A stretch of 64,000 bases of DNA from the human T2T-CHM13v2.0 reference genome, Homo sapiens. The stretch lies in assembly GCF_009914755.1 (NCBI RefSeq), contig NC_060934.1, one strand, 5' to 3'. The position numbers and the translations under genes were made by a program. Positions 1 to 11,789 of this stretch are shown here, one piece after another. Below the pieces are notes generated by a model. It searched no databases. It saw only the letters and a program-made list of their open reading frames with translations, and was not told the DNA's origin. Position 1 is the first letter of the stretch, and every line of letters starts with the position of its first letter.

Positions 1-477
1 CAACTTCCACTTACCCCAAACCACCATGAAACGTTTGCTAGCTTTGTGTCTTTCTGGCTGGTTGGTTACTTTTCAACCCAAATCCCTACTATGGCCTATC
101 CAGTATAGTAGGGTTTCCTATTGAAAACTCTGTCATTTTCGTAGTAGAATTTTAAATAGGCCAATAGTAGGGTTTCATGTTGAAAATTCTGCATTGCATG
201 GTGAAAATTCTCCATTGCATGGTGGCAGAGAGATCCCTACCCTTCTCCTCTCATGCTAAAATTCATTCCCGTCCCACTGGACACACTTGTCTGTCTGTCC
301 CCAGATGTTTACCAAGGACCAATCACGTTCCAGAACAGTTTTGGCCTCTGGGGAACAAGTTGCACAGCCACGGGCCTCCTTTCTTTTCTCCTAAAAGGCT
401 TCGGGTGGTGCAGGCTAATCTGCAGTGTTGAAGTCGTTCCTGTGTTTCTTTCTTTGTGACCTGGGTTGCTGGATAAC

Positions 478-650
478 ACTGCAGTTAAGAATGTGGGCCC
501 TGGGGCCAGGCTGCCTGACTTTGGGTTCTGGCTTTGGGATCTCAGACAAGTCACTGAGATCGGCTCTGCCTCAGTGGACTCATCTGTAGGGTGGGGATAC
601 TAAAGTTCCTACCTCCTGGGGTGAGTGTGAGAACAAATCAACACACAGAA
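478..650 (+). mobile_element. MIR SINE fragment
   Basis: MIR core-like text: gttaagaatgtgggccctgg...gcctcagt..ctcatctgtagggtggggata...cctacctcctgggg. Confidence 0.7.
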
Positions 651-1325
651 ATAAATTTGTTGTGAAAATAAATCAATCCACATAAAAGCGCTGAGAAAGT
701 GATAAATGTTCCGGACAAGTCAGCAATTTGCTATGGAAGCAGAAGACACAGCCATCGGCTCCCAGGCGGCCAGTGACTCTCAGGCCTCCCCATAATGTAT
801 CCCTCTCTTCTCTCCTCCCCTTTGCAGCCCCCTAACCCTTCTATTGTCATTCTCACCTTCTTCCCTGGTCTACTATTTTCTTTTACTTTCCGATCATTCA
901 CTTCTCTTCAACAACCCAAAAAAGAGCATACACTCTAATCGCGTAGCTTGCTTTTTAAAATAATTTCTGTTGAACATAACCTGAGAGTGTTTCCTCTCAC
1001 ATACAGGGCATGAGACTTTCTGGCCTCTCTCTTCTCTCCTTCTAAAGAGGAAGGCTTTCTTCTGCTCAGCCCCTTGTCTTGCTTTTGCTGAGATGAGGCC
1101 AGGGATGGAGTCGCAGGGCTGAGAGCAGGAGACTCTCTCTGTGCCAGGGAGGGCTGAGTTTTGGCTGGAAAACAGCCCCTGAGGGGGGTGGGGAGAAGGG
1201 AGCCAAAGGGACAAGAGAGGCTTTGGGGAACTGGTGTGGGGCTGGAGTTTTGAAATTAAAAAGGGAGAAAAATAATTTGGGGTACTTCAGAGAGAGAGGA
1301 ATAGAGGCTATTTTAGAAGTTTGGC

Positions 1326-1328
<3 letters not shown>

Positions 1329-1369
<41 letters not shown>
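1329..1369. repeat. (GT)20 microsatellite
   Basis: Perfect GT run. Confidence 0.98.
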
Positions 1370-1370
<1 letters not shown>

Positions 1371-1520
1371 AATTTCCCCTCTATTGCCTTTCAAGAAAGA
1401 GTGCTTCAAGGATGTACACATTACCACCAGGGCTTTCAAAATTGATTCGTGTTTCTTTTGGATTCTGTGAGCAGGAAGGCCCAAATGTATTCGGGTTACA
1501 ATTACAATAGGAGCTAGCAC

Positions 1521-1747
1521 TCACTGAGCACCCACTGTATCCCAGGTACCAGGCTGGGGGCCTCATTAGGCAAAGTCTCTCATCCTCAGAGACACTGTGC
1601 AAAGAAGGTAAGCTGATTCCTTTTTTACTGGAATTTAGTTCCAGTGAAGTTAAACAAAGTCACCTTGCACCACCCAGCTAATGAGAGACAGAGTTGGGAT
1701 TTGAACCCAAGTCTGTCTGATTCCAATGCCTGGAGTCTTTCCACCAC
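1521..1747 (-). mobile_element. MIR SINE
   Basis: cactgagcacccactgt...cacccagctaatgagagacagagttgggatttgaacccaagtctgtctgattcca resembles reverse MIR. Confidence 0.8.
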
Positions 1748-1989
1748 TTCACTGGATCTGAGCATAAGCCTTTAGAGTGTATGTTTAAAATGTTCTGTTT
1801 ATTATTATTACTACTTTTTAAAATTTCAGTGGCATGTCTAATGTAATACCATGTGCATTCTAGAATGTGTTGTCCTTAGCACCTTTGAAGTCAGATACCA
1901 TCTCACGGTTAGTGGATGCTGCTGGTCATATGGTTATTAGAGTTTCATATCAAAACTTCCTATCCAGGTGTCAGAATGAGACTCAAAGA

Positions 1990-2460
1990 AATTGATAATT
2001 TTTCAAATATTTTATTGCGTGTGTACATACTGCCAGAGAAAGAAGGGCTCTAAGGAGACTGTTTAAGATTTTAGTGCAGCTACTCAAAAATAAGTACATA
2101 ATGTTTTTTGATTTCTCAGAGGCCTAAAAGAATAGTAAACAAATCGTGCAGCCAGCATTTTAGAGCGTACTACCTGGGAAAAGCATTGTTTGTTCATAGC
2201 AAATATGTAACCACAAAACACATTAAAATGCAGGAAAATCATCTGACCAAACAAAATAACGATAAATCAGCTTGAAACTTGTTGCCATCACAGGATATTA
2301 AATACGCTCATCTAGGAAAGAAGATGCATTAGTCACCGACCGAACTGTGCACATAATTAAAGGGGTGGCCACACTATGATTTATAGGTTGGATCTTCTAA
2401 TTACTTAGCTGTAGCAATTAGGATTTTCTTTGTATTACACTTCTTCAGGCCAAAGATGCC
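1990..2460. promoter_or_regulatory. Candidate conserved non-coding element / developmental enhancer
   Basis: Repeat-free; PBX-HOX-type TGATTTAT at 2377 and its reverse ATAAATCA at 2262; TAATTA at 2354 and 2398; FOX-like TGTTTG. Confidence 0.4.
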
Positions 2461-2909
2461 TTCTATCGCTCGGGCCAGATTTAGGAGAGCAAATTCTGGC
2501 TTCCATCCCATTCCCCATTGCCATCCCCCAGCTGAAGCTGTTCTAAACTGGAGATCTTAAAGGCAAGTCCAATGCTGTGAGGAGGAGATGAGAGGAGAGT
2601 CACTGTGATGACCGCACTTGATGTCTCCTGGAAAGACCACTTTGCTTGGGGTCTCTTCTCCATTTCAGGAGGCCTGTAGCCTTGGAGACGTGGAGTTCTG
2701 TTTTCATCGAATACAGTAGCTCCCAGACATTACTAGAGAAAGATCAGAAGGGGCAGGAGCTAAATAGAAATATATATCACATTTTTTAAACCTGAGTAGT
2801 CCATAACAGTATTATTTTTTACAAAGGCTTTAGGAGGCCATTGCAGCAGGAACAGGAAGGGGAGCACATCTATTATTTATCTAATGCATTCCATGTGCAG
2901 GAACTCTGC

Positions 2910-3128
2910 TGGAGTCAAAATGGCAGGGTTCAAATCATGGCTCAGACACTTACAAGCTGTGTGGCATCAGGAGACTTACTTAAACTCTCTGAACTTCAGT
3001 TTTCCTATCTGTAAAATGGGACTAACTAGATTATCTACCTCAAAGAGTTTTAAAGATTAAAGAAGATAAAACTTTAAAGCAAGCACTTAGCATAGCTGTC
3101 AATCACTTAGCAAGGCACTCAATGCATG
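2910..3128 (+). mobile_element. MIR SINE
   Basis: gggttcaaatc...cttacaagctgtgtg...cttcagttttcctatctgtaaaatggg...ctacctca. Confidence 0.85.
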
Positions 3129-4139
3129 CATTATTTGTAGTGTATTTAATATTTTCAACTCTGTGAATCATTGACTCAAATTGACAGCAAATATTTGAGT
3201 ACCTATTGACTGACCCAGAAGGCCATATTCTTTTTATTACCCTTTCTTTCCCTCCCAGGACATAAACCATAAACTCCTAGGCACAGGAAAGCCATTTATT
3301 ATGTTGAATAAGAAAAATTCAACTTTTTGAAGTGTCAAAGCCTTGGATTTAAGCTAGGGTAAATCAGTTTTCAGATATTACAGAGCTCTGGAGAACACAC
3401 ACCCAAATGTCGGCAGAGCAGAGCCATGTGGCTGAAGCTCCTCGCATCAAAGCAGCCTGCTGGGTTACACCAAGATGGTTACATGAAAGCTTGGTGGTGT
3501 TTTCCAAAGATTCTGTTTAGGGCCTGGGAAGAGAGGATAGACCCTCACTTTAATTCTGCAAACACTGGTGAGTTATGCCATGTGCCCAAATCTGTGCTGG
3601 TGTCTGGGACCCGTGCTGTCTGTTCTCAGTAGCCTTGGCATGAACATTCAAACACTTTTTGGCCATGCCAGTGACAAGAGTAAGAGCCTCTGAGAGAAAG
3701 AGTAGCTGATGTTGCTTGTTGACATCTAGGGAGGCATCCCAGAGGAGGGGACATCTGAGCTACTGTTTGCCATGAAAATAAAGATGGAAGAATTTCATGG
3801 GGAACCAAAGAAACCCTGTAATAAGTTTTGAACTAAATAACAGAAGTCATAATCACAGCTACTGCGGATGTAGTCAAACTCAAACTTTTTTTTTTTATGT
3901 GAAGGATCTTATCTTTTACTGTTCTGAACGACTTCCCCAGTGTGAAGGGATCTCTTTCAATGAGGTTCAGTTAAATCAAGACAGGACAGTGGCCTCCAAG
4001 GCATCTCGAACTAGGGAGAATGCCTAACACGCATTCCACAAAACATGCTGAATGGAAGGCATGCGCCCACAGAAGGTTCAGCTCCTCCTTTCTTCTACCT
4101 AGCCTGACAGGAACAACTACATTATACCTTGGTTTGTTT

Positions 4140-4600
4140 CCCTTGGCAAAGAGAATTACAAAATGTGATGTCCTTTCTATTTGTGAACAAATCAGTACTC
4201 CAGAAGATCATGCTGTTTGCGTTGGCAATATAAGCAAAAGTGGACAGGTTGTCACCAAATAACTTCCGTGGCCATGAAATACCCACCCATCAACTTGCCC
4301 TCCAATAAATAGGATCTTTTATCAGTAGAAACGAAATAGTGTTGCCAGCTAGAAAATAGCCCAGTTGGAAGTATGACCTTATATCATTTGGTGAGTCACC
4401 TGGCTTTGCACTGAAGTGTTTGAGATCCTGCTACGTGGTTGGAGTGTTGTTTGCTTGTTTATTTTTCCTTTTTAAATTTCATTAAACAGCATTTACTTGT
4501 GACAAAAGTCAAAGGTTTGATTGCAACAATCAGGAAGTGAGCTCCTCTTTCGGTGTGCTGGGGGAAAATACTTCAACTGAGACAAGACCAGCAGCAAACG
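4140..4600. promoter_or_regulatory. Candidate enhancer (AP-1/FOX/CEBP/ETS cluster)
   Basis: TGAGTCA 4392-4398, TGTTTGC 4448, TGTTTAT 4456, ATTGCAACAAT 4520, CAGGAAGTG 4531. Confidence 0.45.
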
Positions 4601-5199
4601 TCATCCTGAGAAGCAGCTGAAAAACATCTCTCCCAAAAAACGTTTGTCCCAGCTCAATACACTGAACGTGCGGTGGTCAGAACTGATGAGGGCTTCTGTC
4701 GTCCTCTGCCCAGGAAAGCCAGTGGGACTCTCGTGCTCATTCTGCCCTCTGGTGGCTTCTTTTGTAAAATGCATCGGGACGGCTGTATTCTAAGCAGAGA
4801 TGACTTTCTTCTTCATATGATTTCATGTGATTCTTATCTACAATTACAAAGCCCAACTATCTTCTGACCCATAGACCTCAGATTCAGTTTACTAATCAAA
4901 TTAACTAAAATCCTGACATGTATTTAATTAAACACGCAATGAGGGTTAAAAATGTAGTCAATGGTCAGCTTTAAGCCAGCTTGGGTGAGCTGCAGATGAA
5001 TTGTATTAATGAATGAATTCACCTGGTGAGTGAAACCCACTATACGATGTGCTCAAATCCTTAAACACTGAAAGATCAGTGAATTTAATTCATCAGACAA
5101 CAAATTCGTTTTTTAGTAGATTATTGACATGCTGAGGCTAAAATCTATATAACTAAGAATAACAAAATTCATTTGAACAAGAATTAAGAAGCATGACTT

Positions 5200-6110
5200 G
5201 CTTATAAAGATACGTTAATTAAATCAGTATTGGCACAAGAATAGACAAAGCTCAGAAACAAACCCACATATGCATGGAAACTTGATATAGGAGAGATGGA
5301 TATTTTAAATCAGAGCAGAAGGCCCTCACTCAGGATAAGTGGTACTGGAGAAACTGATTATTCTTCTGTGCAAAAATAAATTTAGATCATACGTCAAAGT
5401 ACAGAATAATAATAATATATCTCAAATGTAATATAGGCCTCAGTTTGAAAACCCAAACTTAGAAGTTTACAACAAAAAAGGAGACTATCTATAAATAGGA
5501 TGCAAAAATGCCTAGAAAAAAGCAATAACGGATGTATACAATTATCCTGTATACAACTTTTGTAAAAGTCACCTTAAACAGTGTCAGCAGAAGATATTTG
5601 CAGCACAAATGTCCAATGAAATCTTAGTATCCAGGCTATATAAAGATTTCCTAGAAATCTATTTTTTAAAGGCAAATAACCCAATAGAACACAAGAGAAA
5701 AAAGCACAAGCAGGCAATTCGTAGAAGAGAGAGCCCAAATGGCCAGTATATTGCACGATTTATGAGGAATGAAGGAAATGCAGATCAAAATCTTGATGAG
5801 ACAGTATTCAGCTCCCAACATATCATTCATTAAAAAAATCTGGCAATAACAGATCCAGATGAAAACAAGGATGTGGAGAAAGTGGAAAATTTTTGAATTG
5901 GCACAATCACTATTTAATATTTAACAACTAATTAATAATGAATACCTAATTAATTGAAATTTAATAATAACTAGTGTGTATTAAATCAATATGTAATACA
6001 TAATGAACATCTAGGTAATGTCTATGAAGCTGATAACACACATTCTGTACAGCCAAGCTCTTCCAGCTCTAGAGAATTTTTTGCATATGTGCACCAGGAG
6101 ACATGCTGGC
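5200..6110 (+). mobile_element. Ancient L1M (L1ME/MC-like) ORF2 3' relic
   Basis: tattggcacaagaatagaca, cagaaacaaacccacat, gtggtactggagaaactga, ctagagaatttttgcatatgtgcaccaggagacatg resemble L1 ORF2 3' half. Confidence 0.7.
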
Positions 6111-6185
6111 AATAATGGGATTGATGGGCCATTGTGGTACAATCAGCCTCAGGTACCCCAGAGCACCAGTCGTACTTCTGGCAGA

Positions 6186-6420
6186 GCTCAGCATGGTGGT
6201 TACAAGCATGGGCTTTGGGGGTCACACAGACCTGGGGGCTCTTACACTTTGTAGCTATCCAGCAATAGCACCGTTTCTCTGGGCCCTAGTTTGCTCATTT
6301 GTCGGTGAGGATAGTGAGGTCTCTGTCCCAAAATTATTGGGAAATTTAAATGGCAGAGCTATTTGTATGGCTATAAAGTATCTTTGCACAGTGCCTGGCA
6401 CAGATGAATGGTTGCTATTG
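6186..6420 (+). mobile_element. MIR SINE
   Basis: gcatggtggttacaagcatgggctttggg...cacagtgcctggcacag. Confidence 0.75.
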
Positions 6421-6948
6421 TTTTCATTATCGTTATTATAATTATCCTCACTGGGCATTCATACTAATTTATGACTCAGGAGAAATAATCTTTTCTGACT
6501 AGGAAGACAGTTATCAAGAAAGAATGTCCAATGATATATTCTTAGGATAGCAAGATTGGTAGTCAGAGTGTTCAAATGGTGAAATAACCAGAGGTGTGTA
6601 AACAGTTTCACCATTCATTGGATTATAAACCAAAGTCTCACCAGCCCCAAGTCATCATTCTCCCAGAACAATTATGGTTGGCCCCCTCTCACTGGCAGTA
6701 GAGACTGGTAGGACATGGTAACTCATCAGACTCTCTCACTCAACTTGACACCCTTGGTTCTGGTCATCAATAACGTACCCGCACTGAGTTTGTGAGGTGT
6801 CCCATTTTTCACTAAAGACCCTACATTTTCTGATGCCCAACCCCTAACCCAGCCAAGAGGAAGACCAAGAAGTCAGATTTATCTAATGAAGTAGGCTGGC
6901 TTGGCATGTGCCTACAGGATTGAGACCTGAAGGATGAAAGCCATATTT

Positions 6949-6973
6949 AAAAAAAAAAAAAAAAAAAAAAAAA
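6949..6973 (+). repeat. A25 homopolymer with no attached SINE/LINE body
   Basis: Direct reading. Confidence 0.9.
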
Positions 6974-8092
6974 GCTCAAAGCCCTCGTAGGATGTGAAAG
7001 CCGCCACACAGAAATAGCATAACGAACTGTACTTTACACTCTAAAGAATTTTCCCTTCAGAACTCATAAATGTATTTATATAAGAAATGGCAAATTAAAG
7101 AACCCTTTCACCTGTCTTCACCAGAAAGTTTCATAGGACATAAACTGAGCTAATCAGATTTTATGTGAGATACTTTCTCCAGGTCTCCAAAATGTTCACT
7201 ATCCCCTTTAAATTATGGTTAAGGGAATTTCAAAATGGAAACATCCAAATAAAATTGATGAGTTTAGCTTTCATGAGGAATTAATCCTTAGCTTGGGTAA
7301 TGATCAACGGGTGCTAAGACCTATAAATTTCATAACTTTGTCCTTGATATAGTTATTTTTCTTCCTTAAAACCTAAAAATACATCTTCCCTTCCAGCAAG
7401 ATAGAGACACAAGATGTCCCTGTGGATGAAAGGTGCTCAAGACAGCTATCCCTCTACAAAGACTCTCTAATGCACTGTTGGCCATTGTTCCTGAAATTCA
7501 TTTGCGGGACAGTTGGTGGAGTAGGTTGTAAGAGCAGATTGATGAAAAGAATGTAGAATTTGACATGGCATGCCAAATGTAAGAGGGAAATGCCTGACAA
7601 GCAAAGAAATCAGTACCAAGTCAAATAACTTTACATATATGCAAATGGGCTGGAATTGTGCCTGTCAGCCATCACCTTGTGGCCTGAATGCTGAAAGGTA
7701 TTCAGAACCATAGACAAGACTGGGTGAACCTGAACAAATTTAATTCTTCAACAGCCCTGGACAATGCTCACAGCAGCCAGTATCCACATTCCCCCAGGGT
7801 CTGGGCTGTGCCAACCTCCACTGCTCTCTGGGTCGGGCTGCAGGGACTCTTCAACACTTATTTGTTCATGCATTTATGCTGCAGTTACTAAGAAAGCATC
7901 TTCTACATGCAAACAACAGGTAGGGTACCTGCCATAAGATGCTTTGGCTTAAGAAGGAAGGGAATTTTCGGGACAACTTCAGAGTCTACTTTGAGTTCTT
8001 TGATCGTCCCTCTTTCTAGCCAGATGAATTTATCTGTCTGCTCTCCCATCTGTTAGTACCAAGTTGCCCAGTCCCTAACATGACATCCTGCA

Positions 8093-8441
8093 TATTATAG
8101 CCTTAGTGTTCATGTCCCCCACAGTTCACATACTGAAATCCTCACCCTCAAGGTGATGGCATTAGGAGGTGAGACCTTTGGGATGGGATTAGGTCATGAG
8201 GGTGGGGCTCTCATGAATGGGATTAGTGTCCTTATCAAAGAGGCCTGAGAGACCCCTCACTCCTTCTACCACGTGAGCACGCAGCAAAAAGGTGCAGGCT
8301 GTGAGCCAGACCCTCACCAGACACCAGATACAAAGTCTGCTGGCACCTTGACCTTGAACTTCCCACGTCCAGAGCTGTGAGAAGTAAATGACTGTTTATA
8401 AGCCACCCAGTCTATGGTATTTTGCTATAGCAGCCCGAACA
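8093..8441 (+). mobile_element. MLT1A/MLT1A0 MaLR solo LTR
   Basis: ggattaggtcatgagggtggggctctcatgaatgggattagtg...agccacccagtctatggtattttgctatagcagcccgaaca. Confidence 0.85.
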
Positions 8442-8689
8442 TATTGCCCTACCAGGGAGCACGCTGGGATAATCCGGGGACTTCCACAAAGGATCGTCAC
8501 CCCTCTCCTGATGACCCACGCCTTTCCCTGACTTCCAGGCTCCATCCAGAATCCTGCCTGCTTTACTGCCCAGCAGATGCCCGTAGATTTCTTAATTCTG
8601 CTGCTGCCAAACTGGCACCTGTTGTCTGCAAACCTTTCTCCGTCCCACTCTGGGCATCATGTTCAGAGTCCTTTCCTGCCAGTATAGGT

Positions 8690-9000
8690 GGAGTTTTCTG
8701 GAAGCTGCTGCTGTGATGGAGTTTGGGCTGCAAGATGTTTATAGGGGATCCACACATGTGGAATGAAGGAGGAATTTGGGATTGGGCAGAGGGAGAAGAC
8801 TGCCAATATGGCACAGAGCTCTAGATGAATGTGGCCTGTCAGAGTTGTCCCCTGTTGAGGCAAAATGGCCAGGGCTTCATCCTCCAGCCTCGCTCAATCA
8901 TGGGATGTGGGTTCCTCTAAGGGAGGGTGTGACCTTGGGCAAGGTGGCTGTCCACAGCTGAGGAGGTTGCCTGCTGTTCCCACTCCCCATTTGGGGTTCT
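8690..9000 (-). mobile_element. LTR16-family (ERVL) LTR fragment
   Basis: ggattgggcagagggagaag...gggagggtgtgaccttgggcaaggtggctgtccacagctgagg. Confidence 0.6.
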
Positions 9001-9440
9001 GGGGGTGGGTGTCTTCAAGTCTCACACCTATTGTCTTCAGTACAGACCCCTGCTGGCTTTGACCTCACAAATCTGCCTGCCTAGGGTTCCAATCTGCTTC
9101 TGTCATTGTTCATAGACTCTCTTGACTTCTGGCATAGAAGACAACTCAGCTTCCTAAAACTTATGATTGTCACATTAATGCCTGGGAGACACAGATACTG
9201 GGAAGCTCTGCTGTCAACCCCACTGCCCAGATGTGGTCCAGTTACACGTCCCCCCTCACATATGCCCCTAACCCCCCAACTATCCCATCCTCGGAACAGT
9301 CCTGCCTGCACTATGGGTCTGTTTCTCACTGAAAAAAAGAAAAAGGAGATGGGAAGACAGAGATCACTTCCAGGGCAGGAAGCCAAGTTGGACTCATCTA
9401 AATGCATGGTTACAACCACACGGCAGACCTATTGTGGGGT

Positions 9441-10143
9441 TGTATTAGTCCATTCTCACACTGCTATAAAGAACTTCCCAGAGACTGGGTAACTTATAAA
9501 GGAAAGAGATCTAATTGACTCTGCAAGTCTGGGGAAGCCTCAGGAAACTTACAGTCATGGCGGAAGGGGAAGCAGACACCTTCTTTACAAGGTGGCAGAG
9601 AGAGAAGAGAAAGCAAAGGGGAAGAGCACCCTATAAAACTATCAGATTAGCTGGGCATGGTGGCTCATGCCTGTAATCCTAGCACTTTAGGAGGCCGAGA
9701 CAGGTGGATTGCCTGAGTTCAGGAGTTTGAGACCAGTCTGATCAACATGGCAAAATACTATCTCTACTAAAAATACAAAAATTAGCCAGGCGTGATGGCG
9801 GGTGCCTGTAATTCCAGCTACTAGGGAGGCTGAGGCAGGAGAATTGCTTGAACCTGGGAGGCAGAAGTTGCAGTGAGCTGAGATGGTGCACTGCACTCCA
9901 GCCTGGGCAACAGAGTAAGACTCTGTCTCAAAAAAAAAAAAAACCACACACACTAGCAAACAAACAAAACCATCAGATCTCGTGAGCAGTCACTCACTAT
10001 CATGAGAACAGCATGGGGGAAACCACCCCATGATCCAATCACCTCCCTCCCTCGACACTGGGGATTACAGGTCCCTCCCTCAATGCGTGAGAATTACAAA
10101 TTAAGGTGAGATTTGGGTGGGGACACAGAGTCAAACCATATCA
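9441..10143 (-). mobile_element. MSTA-like MaLR solo LTR interrupted by an Alu
   Basis: Starts tgtattagtccattctcacactgctataaag, ends gagtcaaaccatatca; 5-bp TSD GGGGT/GGAGT. Confidence 0.88.
9649..9965 (+). mobile_element. AluS (Sx/Sq-like), full length, nested in MSTA
   Basis: Dimeric Alu with A tail; TSD aaaactatcagat (9635) / aaaaccatcagat (9966). Confidence 0.95.
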
Positions 10144-10532
10144 GGAGTAAACAGCGAGAGAAAGAGAATTGGGTTCTATGTGCCAATATCTGCAAGATGG
10201 TTTTAACTCCTTGTGAATGATGCCAAAAGAAACCATTTTAGCTAGGACATTCAGGGGGCCTGGGATCTATTTTAAGCTGTAGAGGCCATGGAAAATCATT
10301 TGAAGGCTAGTTTCTTGAGTGTTCGGTAAATCCTTACTGGAGTAAGAACTGCTCTTCCTCAAATATCATTCGTATTTCTCAGCTAGGAACTAACCCTCAG
10401 GCGGAGATGCTTTAACTCTGCCAGCTTTTCTCTTTCCCCTCAGATTGCTGTCCTCTGGTTCCACCATGACTTGCATTATTTCTACCTTTGCACATAGACA
10501 ATTTTCCCAGCCTCAATTTTCCTCCCTGCCTT

Positions 10533-10670
10533 AAAAGAAAGAAAGAAGAAAAAAAGGAAAGGAAAGAAAGAGAGAGAGAGAAAGAGAAAGAAGGAGGAAA
10601 GGAGGGAAGGAGGAAGGAAGGAAGGAAGGAAGGAAGGAAGGAAGGAAAGGGAGGAAGGAAGGAAGGAAAA
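10533..10670. repeat. (GAAA)/(GGAA)n purine-rich simple repeat
   Basis: Direct reading. Confidence 0.95.
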
Positions 10671-11229
10671 AATCACCTCCCCCTGAGAACCTTCTTTGAT
10701 TAGCATCTCCTAACCCTGATTATGAGTTGACTCTGTTTGTTTCCAGGAATAGGTCTAATGGCATTGTATAAGATTTCAAAGGATTGCACAAACTATTATT
10801 TTTATTGCATTAGTTCCTTTTTTAAATCAATTAAGCAGCAAATAAGACTGGAGGACGTTTTAGTGCCATTAGGGATAGTTTAGGTTGTTGCTTTTTGCTT
10901 TTTATAAACTGGATTTGTTGTAATGAGATTTGGCCTGGTGGTTATTTGCATGAGGGTATTTGCTGAACATTTGCAATTGTTTCTAGCAGGGAATCTATAT
11001 GAAATTGGTCTGTTTCAGTCACAATCAAAAGACCCCATCGTGATATAACAAGATTTCCTGTAACCCTATATAGGTTTATTAAGATGCTATCCCTCATTAG
11101 GGACCTCTAGTACAAAAAGGTGCCAGTGTGCTTCAAACACTTGTTCCTCATCTGAGTGCAGCCTTCTCGACCACATGGTAGATACTCAGGGTGATGACCA
11201 CACCCTCAATAAACAGCAGCATCAACAAA

Positions 11230-11420
11230 CGCACATTGGACCTCCACTCCATACCAGTCACTGGATCAGGGGCTTATGTGGACTAATTTAACCCCTCCAG
11301 TGATTCCAGGAGAAAACTGAGATAAGTGGGTTTCAAAACTTTGTCCAAGGTCAAACAGGTGATGAGATTGGTTAGAAATCTGGATCCAGATTTTCTTTCC
11401 AAATCCTACTGCTTTTTCTC
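11230..11420 (-). mobile_element. MIR SINE
   Basis: gagaaaactgag...actttgtccaaggtcaaacag...aaatcctactgctttttc. Confidence 0.6.
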
Positions 11421-11789
11421 CAAGTACTTTGTTACCAGCCCACGACAGGATCAGTACAGGTCTCTGAAACCCAACAACTCAAAGTTGGCTAACCACAGCT
11501 CCCATCCCCCAGGAAGTCAGGATGTAAAGACGTTTTCCTAAAGAGCCAAAAATTAAGGGGATGCCATCCTCCCTGATCCAAGAAGGCTGTGTTGAGCAAG
11601 GGTATCTGCCATGCACTGTAGTTTTTCTCTGCATTATACATCACATGTTCCTGGTCTCCTCCTGCCACACACATGTCAGGTCACAGGTCACACCAGATAA
11701 AATAAAGAGCAGTATCAGGAACACCACACAATCTGCTTGGGTCTTGGATTGGAGCTTTCAGGAAACCCACAGCGACCTGTCTCTAGGTG

